A stretch of 49,507 nt of DNA, taken from contig JAOZFL010000117.1 of NCBI GenBank assembly GCA_027491455.1, positions 1 through 49,507 on the forward strand, written 5' to 3'. Each line of letters begins with the position of its first letter. Position 1 is the first letter of the stretch. The position numbers and the translations under genes are program-made. The notes under the pieces are model-generated. The model was not told where the DNA came from. It saw nothing but the letters and a program-made list of their open reading frames with translations, and made no database searches. Source of the stretch: Thermoproteota archaeon. Lineage in GTDB: Archaea > Korarchaeota > JAOZGF01 > JAOZFZ01. Shown piece after piece: positions 36,374 to 46,912 of this stretch.

Positions 36374-39151
36374 ATGTCATCTTTTATTGCATCTAAAAAA
36401 GATTATGAGGTAAACTTCTTCAAAGAAGGAGGCTTTGAGAGAAAAACATGTCCAGTATGCAAAGTTCCCTTCTGGACCACTAACCCCGATCAAAAAACAT
36501 GTGGAGAGGCCCCTTGCTCCACCTACAAATTTCTTGAGGGAAGATCTTGGCAGAAGCGTTTTTTAACCTATGAAATGAGAGAGGTATTCTTAAGGTTCTT
36601 CGAAAAAAGAGGCCATGGAAGAGTAAAAAGATATCCTGTGGTTGCAAGATGGAGAGATGATTTATTCCTTACTGATGCATCGATCGTTGATTTTCAACCC
36701 TTCATCACTGAAGGACTTGTCCCACCACCAGCGAACCCATTATGTATTTCTCAGCCGAGCATTCGTTTAAAGGACATAGACAAAGTTGGCTTAACTCATG
36801 GAAGGCATCTTACAATCTTTGAAATGATGGCTCATCATGCCTTCAACCGCCCTGACAAAAAGATTTACTGGAAAAATCGAACAGTTGAGTTACATCATGA
36901 ATTCATGGAAAAGGAGCTGAAGGTTCCATGTGAATTAATAACATATAAAGAAAGTGTGTGGGAGGGAGGAGGAAATGCAGGTCCATGTTTCGAATGCATC
37001 GTTGAAGGACTAGAGACAGCGACGCTTGTTTTCATGGAATATAAAGTTTTAAACGGGAAATACATTAAAATCCCCATGAAGATCGTGGACACTGGTTACG
37101 GGTTGGAGCGATTCCTTTGGCTGATGAATGCAACGCCTTCATCTTTCCAAGCCACATACACCTGGTTAGTCGACAAATTCCGTCAGTTGCTTGGAATTGA
37201 GAAACCTGATGACAAGTTGCTGCTTGAAACAGCTAAAATATCCGGTGAAATGGGTAAAATAGAGCTTGGCGAGGGTATCCGGAAATTAAGGTCTCATATG
37301 GCACGTAAGCTTGGGGTTTCCATCTCATATCTTGAGGAAGCAATTGCACCTGTAGAGAACCTTTACACGCTTCTTGATCACACGAGGTGTCTTTCATTCA
37401 TGCTTGTCGATGGCCTAATCCCTAGCAATGTAGGCGAAGGATATCTAGGAAGACTTGTTTTAAGAAGAGCTATAAGGGTTCTTCTAAGGACAAGATCAGA
37501 TGTCCCCTTGTCAGAGCTTATAGATTTACAAGTTAAGTATTGGCAGAGAGAATTCCCTGAGTTCAAGGAGGAACATCAAAAAATATTGGAGATAATTGAA
37601 CTAGAGGTGTCAAGGTTCATGAAATCACTTGACAAAGGTAAGAGGTTGATAAAGAAACTGTTTAAAAAGTATTCGGGCAACGTATTCCCCTTAAGTGAAG
37701 CAATAATTCTTTACAGTTCCCATGGAATTCCCCCAGAAGTCATGAAGGAGGAGGCAGAAAGAGAAAGAGTAAAAGTTGACTTACCCGATAACTTCTATGA
37801 AATTGTGGCTTCAAGCCACTACTCCGAGAAACCAAAACTCGAAAGATCAATCTTTGAACCTTACGAGAAGCAACTAAAGGGTACTCCTCAAACAGAGCTA
37901 TTATATTACGAGGACCCCTATATAGATGAATTTAAAGCCAAGGTGATCAAAAAGCTAAGAGTAAACGGAGAAAATTGGGTTGTACTTGACAAAACGGCAT
38001 TTTACCCTGAAGGAGGAGGGCAACCATCGGACAAAGGATACCTCAAAATTAAAAATCAAAGGATTCCTGTGCTAAGAGTTCAAGTATACAGAGAGTATGT
38101 TCTCCACAACATCGGGGAAACCTGGCTGCCTATAGGAGCCATTGTACATGGAAAAGTAGACTTTAAGAAAAGAAGAAGGCATATGGCTCACCACACAGCT
38201 ACACATATTTTAATCGGGGCAGCTAAAAGGGTTTTAGGAAGCCATATATGGCAAGCTGGAGCTCAAAAAGGGGAAGAAACATCTAGACTGGATATATCAC
38301 ATTACAAAAGAGTCTCAGAGAAGGATAGAAAGAAAATAGAGAAACTTGCTAATAAAATCGTGATGGAAAACAGACCTGTAAAATCTTATTTTATGGAAAG
38401 AAGTACAGCTGAGCAACGCTTTGGGTTCCGAATATATCAAGGAGGGGTGGTCCCTGGAAAGAAGCTAAGGATAATCGAAATACCTGGCTGGGATGTACAA
38501 GCTTGTGCAGGGACTCACTGTAGAACTACAGGTGAAGTGGGGCCTATAATCCTTCTTAAAACCGAAAATATACAGGATGGAGTCGAAAGAATAATTTTCT
38601 CAGCAGGTGAGCCGGCCATAAATTATATGCAAAGCCTGGAAACGGTTCTTCATGAAATTTCATCTAAACTAAAAGTACCAAAGGGACAGGTTCTACCGGT
38701 TGTTTTGAAACAAATTGGTTACTTAAAGGAACTTAGCAAAGAAAAAGAGAAAACAGAATTAGAGCTATTTAAATGTAAAGCAGCTAACCTATTGGAGAAA
38801 CCCCTAAAACACCGATCCCTTGAAATTGTCGTCGACACGGTGACTGGCAAGGACATCAAGTATTTAATTAACTACGCAGCAGTAATAACTAAGATGAACT
38901 TAGAGACACTGGCTTTCCTGGTTAACGTAAAACAAAAAGAAACAGAGTTTATCTTATTGGCGGGCGAAAAACTTGTCTCTAAAGGGTTTAATTGTTTAAA
39001 AGTTGGTTCTTTGCTATCAAAAAGCTTGAGCGCCACTGGAGGAGGCAAAATAGATCTTTATCAAGGTGCTTTCAAAGGAAAAGCGCTGGGAATAGATAAA
39101 CTTAAAGAAAAACTCATTAAATCCATAGAAAATTCTGGTTTTAGCCTTTGA
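36374..39151 (+). CDS. alaS: Alanine--tRNA ligase
   Basis: 925 aa with an archaeal-type N-terminus (FFKEGGFERK...), the editing-domain HxxxH motif (HHTATH) and CAGTHC. Confidence 0.95.
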   Translation: MSSFIASKKDYEVNFFKEGGFERKTCPVCKVPFWTTNPDQKTCGEAPCSTYKFLEGRSWQKRFLTYEMREVFLRFFEKRGHGRVKRYPVVARWRDDLFLTDASIVDFQPFITEGLVPPPANPLCISQPSIRLKDIDKVGLTHGRHLTIFEMMAHHAFNRPDKKIYWKNRTVELHHEFMEKELKVPCELITYKESVWEGGGNAGPCFECIVEGLETATLVFMEYKVLNGKYIKIPMKIVDTGYGLERFLWLMNATPSSFQATYTWLVDKFRQLLGIEKPDDKLLLETAKISGEMGKIELGEGIRKLRSHMARKLGVSISYLEEAIAPVENLYTLLDHTRCLSFMLVDGLIPSNVGEGYLGRLVLRRAIRVLLRTRSDVPLSELIDLQVKYWQREFPEFKEEHQKILEIIELEVSRFMKSLDKGKRLIKKLFKKYSGNVFPLSEAIILYSSHGIPPEVMKEEAERERVKVDLPDNFYEIVASSHYSEKPKLERSIFEPYEKQLKGTPQTELLYYEDPYIDEFKAKVIKKLRVNGENWVVLDKTAFYPEGGGQPSDKGYLKIKNQRIPVLRVQVYREYVLHNIGETWLPIGAIVHGKVDFKKRRRHMAHHTATHILIGAAKRVLGSHIWQAGAQKGEETSRLDISHYKRVSEKDRKKIEKLANKIVMENRPVKSYFMERSTAEQRFGFRIYQGGVVPGKKLRIIEIPGWDVQACAGTHCRTTGEVGPIILLKTENIQDGVERIIFSAGEPAINYMQSLETVLHEISSKLKVPKGQVLPVVLKQIGYLKELSKEKEKTELELFKCKAANLLEKPLKHRSLEIVVDTVTGKDIKYLINYAAVITKMNLETLAFLVNVKQKETEFILLAGEKLVSKGFNCLKVGSLLSKSLSATGGGKIDLYQGAFKGKALGIDKLKEKLIKSIENSGFSL

Positions 39152-39260
39152 TGCATTCACTTTGCTTTTCTCTCCTAGTCATAGAAAAGACAGCTGATAA
39201 CTGTGAATACGGTTACAAAAATTTTTGGAGTAATGTTTGCCTCTAGCTAAAGTCTTTTAG

Positions 39261-41144
39261 TTACTGTGTGAAGTTCAGAAAGTTCTTTTTCTCAGTTTCT
39301 AAATCATTTACTGATTCAATTGCCTCAAACGGACACACCTGACTACAAACCCCGCACCCTCTGCAAAGATTTGACAATATAATGGCATTTCCATTCCTTT
39401 TTCTAAGAGCTGGACAGCCTAAAGAATTAATACATGCAAAACACCCTGTACATTTATCGTTAATTATGTAAACCTGTTCAACTGGCCGAATAAGAGCACA
39501 GCTCCTTCTAAAAACAATTAAAGCTGGTCCCTCCCCCTTCCTTTTAAGAAGTCTCCTTAAAGCCTTAACACTCAGAGCTATGTTATATGGATCAGTAACC
39601 TCATAGGGTATTCCAAGAGCCTCAGCGAACATCTCAGGGAGAATAACTTTCGTTTTCTCACCCATACCAGTTCTTCCAGTACCAGGGTGAGGCTGGTGAC
39701 CAGTCATTGCCGTTGTCCCATTATCTAAAACCACAACCAAAACATTATGCTTGTTATATACAGCGTTTACAAGTTCAGGTAGGCCGCTGTGAAAGAAAGT
39801 TGAGTCGCCAATGAAAGCCACAGCTACCTTGTCAGCTTTCGACATCCCCATAGCTGCGCCAATGCTTGAACCCATGCAGTATAAGATATCTGCCATCTGG
39901 AACGGCTTATTTATCGCCAGAGTGTAACACCCTATATCCGAGGCCCAAATTGTTCTAGGCGATAAAACCCTTTTCACGATATGATAAGACGCCATGTGAG
40001 GGCATCCTGGACAGAAAATTGGTGGTCTAAAAGGTGTTTTCTCAGCTTGTTTTATTTTCATCTGTTTATTTGTTTCCATGTTTAAAGCTTTTTTTATCCC
40101 ATCTACAACTATATCCGTTGAGAATTCACCGCTTAAGGGGAAGAAATTGTCATGTTTTCCATTTATCTTGACTTTTACATTGTTTCTCTGAGCTATAGAG
40201 CGGATCGTGTTTTCAATTAAGGGTTCAAGTTCTTCGATGATAATGACTTGCTTTTTATCTTTGATGAAGTTTTTTATTTTGTTTTCTGGGAGTGGATAGG
40301 TCATGCCTAGCTTTAGAATTGATGCCTCTATATTGATTTTCGCTATAGCTTCCATGGCATAGTTATAAGATACACCACTGGTTATTATCCCTATGTCTCC
40401 ACTACCCTCCACCCTGTTTAGGTTTGTTTGTTCCGAAATCTCCCTGGCCTTATTTATTTTATCAATAAGAACTAATCTTCTTTTTCGCGCCACAGCTGGG
40501 ATAGGTACATATCTGCCAGGATTTTTAACGAATTTTTTTGGTTTTTGTGTCTCGATTTTTCCCAGAATGACTTTTCCACGAGTGTGTGATACCCTGGTTG
40601 TAACCCTGAAAATTACAGGTAACTCAAGCTTCTCCGAGATAATAAATGCATCCCTGATCATGTCTTTGGCTTCTTGGGAATTGCTGGGCTCAAGCATCGG
40701 TAAATTAGCTAAGTATGCATAGTATCTATTGTCCTGTTCATTCTGTGAGGACCAGCAGCCAGGGTCATCCGCTGTTATAACAGTGAAACCTGCATTTGTT
40801 CCGATGTAAGCAGAAGACATCAGCGGATCCGCAGCGACATTTAAACCTACATGCTTCATAAAAACACATGATCTTAAACCTGCAACAGCGGCAGATGCAG
40901 CTACTTCAAAAGCTACTTTTTCATTGGTTGAAAACTCGAAGTAACGGGGTTTACCGTACTTAGAAGATGTAACAGCTAATGTGTTACCTATTTCACTTGA
41001 GGGAGTTCCTGGATAAGTTGTGGCAACTATAACCCCTGCTTCTATCAATCCTCTTGCAATGGCTTCATTTCCAAGAAGCAAAAGCTTCTCTCCCAGGCCA
41101 CCACAAGCTATTTTTTCAAATAAGTTCATTTCTATGTCTCCCAC
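39261..41144 (-). CDS. iorA: Indolepyruvate:ferredoxin oxidoreductase alpha subunit (TPP-binding, with a C-terminal 2x[4Fe-4S] domain)
   Basis: 627 aa with LLLGNEAIARGLIEAGV..TYPGTPSSEI, the TPP motif GDSTFFHSG and CTGCFAC...CRGCGVCSQVCP cluster motifs. Confidence 0.85.
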   Translation of the reverse strand: MGDIEMNLFEKIACGGLGEKLLLLGNEAIARGLIEAGVIVATTYPGTPSSEIGNTLAVTSSKYGKPRYFEFSTNEKVAFEVAASAAVAGLRSCVFMKHVGLNVAADPLMSSAYIGTNAGFTVITADDPGCWSSQNEQDNRYYAYLANLPMLEPSNSQEAKDMIRDAFIISEKLELPVIFRVTTRVSHTRGKVILGKIETQKPKKFVKNPGRYVPIPAVARKRRLVLIDKINKAREISEQTNLNRVEGSGDIGIITSGVSYNYAMEAIAKINIEASILKLGMTYPLPENKIKNFIKDKKQVIIIEELEPLIENTIRSIAQRNNVKVKINGKHDNFFPLSGEFSTDIVVDGIKKALNMETNKQMKIKQAEKTPFRPPIFCPGCPHMASYHIVKRVLSPRTIWASDIGCYTLAINKPFQMADILYCMGSSIGAAMGMSKADKVAVAFIGDSTFFHSGLPELVNAVYNKHNVLVVVLDNGTTAMTGHQPHPGTGRTGMGEKTKVILPEMFAEALGIPYEVTDPYNIALSVKALRRLLKRKGEGPALIVFRRSCALIRPVEQVYIINDKCTGCFACINSLGCPALRKRNGNAIILSNLCRGCGVCSQVCPFEAIESVNDLETEKKNFLNFTQ

Positions 41145-41303
41145 CTAAGTCCGGGGTCTCAACCAATACTTGATTTTTACTGCATCTTAAAAAACATTAA
41201 GTGGTCATGCTACTAGATACTTAGAAATTTCTTAAATTGCTAAATAGATTACATAATAATATTAGTATCTTCAATTTACTTAATGAATTTGTTTAGAAGG
41301 ACT

Positions 41304-42656
41304 TTAACGACCCAGCTCTCTATTTACATTTTCCACTTCCTTTTCTATTATCTCTAAACCTGCATCTACAAGTTCCTTGGTGATTACTAATGGGGGAGAT
41401 ACACGAATGGTAGATTTTCCAGCTAAAATAACGATTACTCCCTTCTTCCATGACTCGTTCATTATTTTAATAGCTTCTTTTACTGCATGCTCCTTTGTTT
41501 CTTTGTCTTTAACTATTTCAACTCCTATCATTAACCCTTTCCCTCTTACATCTCCTATTATTTCATATTTTTCCTGCATTTCCCTGAACCTTTTAATTAT
41601 GTAGTTTCCAAGTTTCAAGGCATGTTCAAGCAACCTCTCCTTCTCAATGGTTTCTATGACTACCATTGCAGCTGCACAGGCAACTGGGTTTCCACCGAAA
41701 GTACTAGCATGACTCCCCCCAGTCCAGTTCATGATTTCAGTTCGCGCTATTGCTGCTCCTAAGGGTAAACCGTTTGCAAGTGCCTTAGCAGAGGTTAAAA
41801 TGTCAGGTGTCACTCCAAAATGTTCTATTGCCCACCACTTACCTGTTCTTCCCATACCTGCTTGAACCTCATCATCTATTAGTAATATACCATGTTTACC
41901 AGCCAATTTTTTAAGTTCCTTAAAGTAAACTTCAGGGGGAACAATACATCCGCCCTCGCCCTGTATGGGTTCGAAAACGATAGCAGCTACTTCCTCTGGA
42001 GGAACATACCTCTCCAAAACCCATTCATCTATGAATTTAACACAGTAATAATCGCAATCTCCTAGTTCTAAGTTGAAGGGGCACCTATAGCAATAAGGAT
42101 ACGGGACATGCTCAACCCCTGGTAGAAGAGGGGAAAAGCGGGCTCTATGGACGGGTTTACTAGCCGTTAAACTCAGCGAACCATAAGTTCTTCCATGAAA
42201 GGCGCCTATAAAGGCTATAAATTTTTGTCTGCCAGTATGCCACCTGGCCATTTTCAAGGCAGCTTCAACTGCTTCTGTTCCACTATTGCCGAAATAAACC
42301 TTTTTGTTGAAACTTCCAGGCGTCATTTCAATTAGTTTCTCAGCTAATTCTATAGCTTCCTCATAGTAAAAATCAGTGTTAGAATAATGAATTAGTTTCC
42401 TAACTTGATTGTATACAACTCTATTTATTTTCTCATTGGATAATCCCAAGGCAAGAACAGCTAATCCAGCATTAAAGTCTATATATTCGTTTCCGTCTAT
42501 ATCTCTAACTATGGCTCCATGACCACTATCTACGACTAATGGGTACCATCTTACGTAACTAGGTGAAATGACTGCTTTATCTCTCTGGAGACATTTTTTC
42601 GCCTTTGGACCTGGCGGTGTTACATGAACCCTGGGATATTTCTTTGTCTTTAACAT
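41304..42656 (-). CDS. Class III (omega-amine) PLP-dependent aminotransferase of the 4-aminobutyrate/acetylornithine type
   Basis: 450 aa with GNSGTEAVEAALKMAR, DEVQAGMGRTGK and TSAKALANG (PLP lysine) motifs. Confidence 0.85.
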   Translation of the reverse strand: MLKTKKYPRVHVTPPGPKAKKCLQRDKAVISPSYVRWYPLVVDSGHGAIVRDIDGNEYIDFNAGLAVLALGLSNEKINRVVYNQVRKLIHYSNTDFYYEEAIELAEKLIEMTPGSFNKKVYFGNSGTEAVEAALKMARWHTGRQKFIAFIGAFHGRTYGSLSLTASKPVHRARFSPLLPGVEHVPYPYCYRCPFNLELGDCDYYCVKFIDEWVLERYVPPEEVAAIVFEPIQGEGGCIVPPEVYFKELKKLAGKHGILLIDDEVQAGMGRTGKWWAIEHFGVTPDILTSAKALANGLPLGAAIARTEIMNWTGGSHASTFGGNPVACAAAMVVIETIEKERLLEHALKLGNYIIKRFREMQEKYEIIGDVRGKGLMIGVEIVKDKETKEHAVKEAIKIMNESWKKGVIVILAGKSTIRVSPPLVITKELVDAGLEIIEKEVENVNRELGR

Positions 42657-43586
42657 TATTGGTCCCTTTTTAGAAAATATACATCGGAGTTTATTAAAAT
42701 TTTTCTAAAAAAAGAGGAAAATTTTTTAATATATATAGGAATAAAAGATAAATTTTTTCACATAGAATCCCGAAATTATTATTTTTTATTCATTCAAAAA
42801 GTAAAAATGAAATATTTTTTGCTTTTTTTGCCTTGTATTTTTTATAAATGTTTAATTCTAATGAAAAATCTTGCAAGTTCAAACGTTTAATTATATAAAA
42901 TCTAATCAATAAGCCTCTAAAATGATAATATCTCTAAAATCTTGTAAAAGGTGAATATTTTTTAACCAATAAGTGTCTGGGACATATGGAAAACCGTTAA
43001 CAGAGTACATCAGGAATACCTCGCTAAGAGACAGCGCATAAGGTAGGAACATGGGAACACTGCCCTTTTTTAATGTAGCAGGGGCTTCATGGCTCATCTC
43101 CAGCGAGCAATTCGCTTAACCCCAATTTACCTGAGCAATCTTTAGGTTTGAGTTTATCAAAAGGAAAGAGTGTGGTTGCTACGACAGGAACATGTAACCG
43201 CTATATAAGTGATGGCAGCGACTCTAGCTACTTTCTTCCTGTTTTATCAATGCATAAAAGTAAGGCATCAGGACAGCGGCCAGGGCTGAAACGTCTTCTT
43301 CTTCCGCAGAGAAGTTCTGTTCATCGATATGAGGAGCAACTGATGAAAGGAAAAATACCTAGAAACTACTAGTAGAAATGCTTACTGCCTCTGTTCTCAT
43401 TTATTTTCCCTTGATAACATGTTTTCAGATATGAGAGCTGGGAAATCTCTTTTCCTCGAAGCTGATATACTTCTCCTTCAATTTTACTCTTTACAGGGGA
43501 CTCTAGGTCTGTGCCAAGGCTTTCTCTAGTTAAAAACCTTTTTTAAGGTTAGCCGATCGAAAGTACCAACTGAGCCAGTGTACCTG

Positions 43587-44798
43587 TTAATCATCAAAGA
43601 AAGATTCACACAACTTTTTTACCTTTTCTCTTTTCCTCTCCACTGTGAAAACAGAGAAATTCCAGGATTCTATGTATGCCTCTCTTAAAGATTTAATTAT
43701 AGGTGATAAATCTGACGCTCTGCATATTCCTTCCTTGAATACCACTTTAACCTCGGCCTCTTTAATCTCCGGCTTTGGGGGAATGTGAATTATTACTTTG
43801 TCGTCTTCAGCACCTATCTCACTAGATATTTCCTCCTCTAATTTAAAGATCTTTTCAGGTGTTTCTCTTAATCTAAGAACTTCTTCCCTTTTATCCTGGT
43901 CCATTTCACTCCATGACTTACTGTAGGCCTGTTTTAGAAGTTTCCTTCTCTCCAGCCTCCTTATTGCTTTATCGAAGTATCCTCCACAGCTTTTAAGCGT
44001 GTATAGGAGGTCACAGTCAGTCATCTCATAAAGATCATTTTCATTGAGCAGTTTTTCTTTAAGCGCCCTATAAACAATCCTGTTCAGCATCGATGCTGCT
44101 ATTTGAACTGTTTTATGATTGTAAACGATTGTGTACATCTCAAATCTTGCGAAAAGAACGGTTACTACTAGTTGAAGCCCTTTATGAGAGAAAACAAGCT
44201 CATCATTTACGGCTCTAAACTCATCCAGTACTCTCCTATCAATGATACCATAAGCCACCCCGCAGAAATAGGCGTCTCTAAGTAGATAATCCAATCTGTC
44301 AGCATCTACATCGCTTCTTATCACTTTTGATAATATGCCTCTTCTCCCTCTTAGTACATCGATGATTTCTTGAGGGCTATATCCATGTTTATGGATACAA
44401 TCAGCTATTTCTGTTTCTTTAACAACCTTTTCGGTTCTTATTTCATGCCACTTTTCCCCGCCAGGCAAAATGACGTCTAATGTATGTGAGAATGGAGGAT
44501 GAGCGGCATCATGGAGAAGAGCAGCTACTTTAACCAGTTCTGTTTCTTCGCTGTCAATTTCCTTTTCCTCAGTTACTCTGTTGAGGATCAATTCAGCAAC
44601 ATACTTCGTGCCTAAGGAATGCTCAAATCTTGTGTGGTTTGCACCCGGGAAAACGAGAAAAACGAGTCCTAATTGCTTCACAAATCTTAACCTCTGGAAT
44701 TCAGGGGTTTCAACGATTTTCATCTCTAGGGGGCTCAAACTTATGTCTCTATGAACGGGGTCTCTGATTATTCTTCTCTTCACATCATACGCCTCCAA
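43587..44798 (-). CDS. HD-domain phosphohydrolase (COG1078, dNTP triphosphohydrolase-like)
   Basis: 403 aa with RIIRDPVH..I.LSPLE..IVETPEFQRLRFVKQLG...NHTRFEHSLG...LLHDAAHPPFSH...DADRLDYLLRD motifs. Confidence 0.75.
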   Translation of the reverse strand: MEAYDVKRRIIRDPVHRDISLSPLEMKIVETPEFQRLRFVKQLGLVFLVFPGANHTRFEHSLGTKYVAELILNRVTEEKEIDSEETELVKVAALLHDAAHPPFSHTLDVILPGGEKWHEIRTEKVVKETEIADCIHKHGYSPQEIIDVLRGRRGILSKVIRSDVDADRLDYLLRDAYFCGVAYGIIDRRVLDEFRAVNDELVFSHKGLQLVVTVLFARFEMYTIVYNHKTVQIAASMLNRIVYRALKEKLLNENDLYEMTDCDLLYTLKSCGGYFDKAIRRLERRKLLKQAYSKSWSEMDQDKREEVLRLRETPEKIFKLEEEISSEIGAEDDKVIIHIPPKPEIKEAEVKVVFKEGICRASDLSPIIKSLREAYIESWNFSVFTVERKREKVKKLCESFFDD

Positions 44799-44927
44799 GA
44801 CTTTTTAACTTTTTTTCGTTGATTTTAGGAACTTGACTAGAAGTAAGTCTACCTCCCTTATTAACTCTCCTATGCCTCTATTTTAATAACGTAATTTAAA
44901 AGGCCAAGTAGTTCAGGGCCTTATAGG

Positions 44928-45317
44928 TTATTCCTTGAACTTCGCTATGTAAATCATTGAAATGGAGAGAAGAATGAATATCAGTAGCAATAAATGAAGT
45001 AGCTGGTAGCTTAAAGGGTATTTAGCTCCAGCATAAGCTAAAAAGGCAAGAAAATTCAGGATAAATGGAAATAAGAGGAAGAATATGTAAACTACTCTAT
45101 TATTAACCTTTAAAGAAGTAATCAATAACACCCCAGCTACAATAGAAAGGAAAGCCCATGCATAGATCAGGGGATTGTGAAACTCTAAGAAATAGATTGG
45201 TGAGAAGGGAATATAGAGAAGACCAGCAGAAATTGTTAATAAAGCATTTAGCAAAACAACTAGCTTCCTCCAGTTCAAGATAAAAACTCCGGTAAATGTC
45301 GAGTATATACTCGACAT
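44928..45317 (-). CDS. Small hydrophobic membrane protein (about 4 TM helices), function unknown
   Basis: 129 aa ORF that is strongly hydrophobic and has no recognisable family. A 6-bp hairpin AAGGCC..GGCCTT lies just past its stop codon. Confidence 0.4.
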   Translation of the reverse strand: MSSIYSTFTGVFILNWRKLVVLLNALLTISAGLLYIPFSPIYFLEFHNPLIYAWAFLSIVAGVLLITSLKVNNRVVYIFFLLFPFILNFLAFLAYAGAKYPLSYQLLHLLLLIFILLSISMIYIAKFKE

Positions 45318-45823
45318 TTTGCCTTTTTTATTAAGAGGGAAAACTATTATTAAAATTTTTGCTAATGGAAACCTACAGTGGAAAAAGGATCCTTATTGAC
45401 TAAGGCATCACCGCTTGCTAACATAGGTCATTTTAACTTTGTAAAAGTAGAATCTCCTTTTCGGATAAAGTATAAAGTGATAGTCTTTCTAATAAAGTTT
45501 ATAAAGGACTTGCCTCCTAAGGGAGGATTAATCCTTCAAGGATTTGTCCTTAGACTCTGCTCCGGATTTGCTAAGAGGCCTCTTTAACTTTGCCGGAGCT
45601 TGTGTTATGAGTGAGGAGGAAGGGAATAGGAATTAAATAAGAAATTTCAGGTTACAGAGAAGATATTAAGACGCTTTGAATTAATTGCACTTTGGTCCGA
45701 TGAATTCAAAATATTCATTTAAGGAAGCGATGAAAACCATACTTATTAAAGTGGGTCGGTTAAAACAAAACCTTTTATTGTTAACCAACGTGATTAATCG
45801 GGTAGGATTTGTGGGGGTTCTTC

Positions 45824-46912
45824 ATGGTGGGTGAGATAGGTGTTATACATGGTGAGGACTACTATAAAATAAGTTTTGCTCCTTTCTCTTTGTGGGGAAG
45901 TTGGAGAGAGAGATTTAAGCTTTTCATAGATTATCTGGATAAAACAGGTTTCTTGGACGGGAAAATTAAATTTTTTGAGCCTATGATGGCGAGTGAAGAA
46001 GAAATAACTCTTGTCCATGACAAAGATTATATAGAATTTGTGAGGAAGCTTGATGACATGGGAAGGGGATTTCTTGATTTCAGGGAGACAGTAGCTTACA
46101 AGGGTGTTTTTGAAGATGCTAAGGTTGTTGTAGGTGGGACAATCAGCGCATTAAACTTAGTTATGCGTGGGAAAGTTGACCATGGCTTTAATCCGAATGG
46201 GGGTTTCCATCACGCAAAAAGAGGAGAAGCCGGAGGATTCTGCATCTTTAACGATATAGCTGTAGCCGTTAAAATCGCGGAATTAAAGTACAAGTTGAGA
46301 AAAATAGCTGTGATTGATATAGATGGGCATCATGCAGATGGAACTCAAGAAATCCTATATAAGGAACCAGTTTTAAAGGTTTCAACGCATAAGTACGCTC
46401 CCTTCTTTTATCCTGGAACCGGGTCAATCTATGAAATAGGTGAAGGAGAAGGCAAGGGTTTCAACATTAATATTCCGCTTCCCCACGGAACAGGGGACGA
46501 TGTCTTCATTTATTTATTTAGGGAAATAGTTGAACCTTTACTTGATAAGTACAGCCCTGAGCTCATAGTTGCACAGTTAGGGGCTGATGGACACCTAAAC
46601 GACCCCCTTGTCGGGCTAAAGCTGACAACGACTTCCTATGCATATGTAGCTGAACAACTTGATAAGATTTCGCATAAAAAATGCAAGGGGAAAATTGTTG
46701 CTCTAGGTGGAGGAGGATATAACCCTTTAAACACAGCGAAAACATGGATTATAGAAGCCTCAAAGTTCGTAGACTCGTTGAACGAGAGGGTTCAAAGTAA
46801 ATTAAATGCTTTGATGGGGAAACAAACCTGGAGTAGTGAAGAAGTGTGGAGGGAGGCCCGAAGAATAGTTGCATACATGAAAAGAGCTATTTTCCCAGTC
46901 CACGGCCTTTAA
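45824..46912 (+). CDS. Histone deacetylase-family protein (AcuC / acetylpolyamine amidohydrolase-like)
   Basis: Motifs include GGFHHAKRGEAGGFCIFNDIAVA, DIDGHHADGTQ and GGGGYN. I prefer the ATG at 45824 over the TTG at 45809 used by the ORF track. Confidence 0.85.
   Translation: MVGEIGVIHGEDYYKISFAPFSLWGSWRERFKLFIDYLDKTGFLDGKIKFFEPMMASEEEITLVHDKDYIEFVRKLDDMGRGFLDFRETVAYKGVFEDAKVVVGGTISALNLVMRGKVDHGFNPNGGFHHAKRGEAGGFCIFNDIAVAVKIAELKYKLRKIAVIDIDGHHADGTQEILYKEPVLKVSTHKYAPFFYPGTGSIYEIGEGEGKGFNINIPLPHGTGDDVFIYLFREIVEPLLDKYSPELIVAQLGADGHLNDPLVGLKLTTTSYAYVAEQLDKISHKKCKGKIVALGGGGYNPLNTAKTWIIEASKFVDSLNERVQSKLNALMGKQTWSSEEVWREARRIVAYMKRAIFPVHGL

Noticed and set aside
42660-42900. Replication origin at the AT-rich block
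   Set aside because: The block is AT-rich enough to serve as an unwinding element. However, I found no repeated ORB or mini-ORB boxes flanking it and no adjacent orc1/cdc6 gene. It is therefore listed only as one possibility under the long-gap finding.
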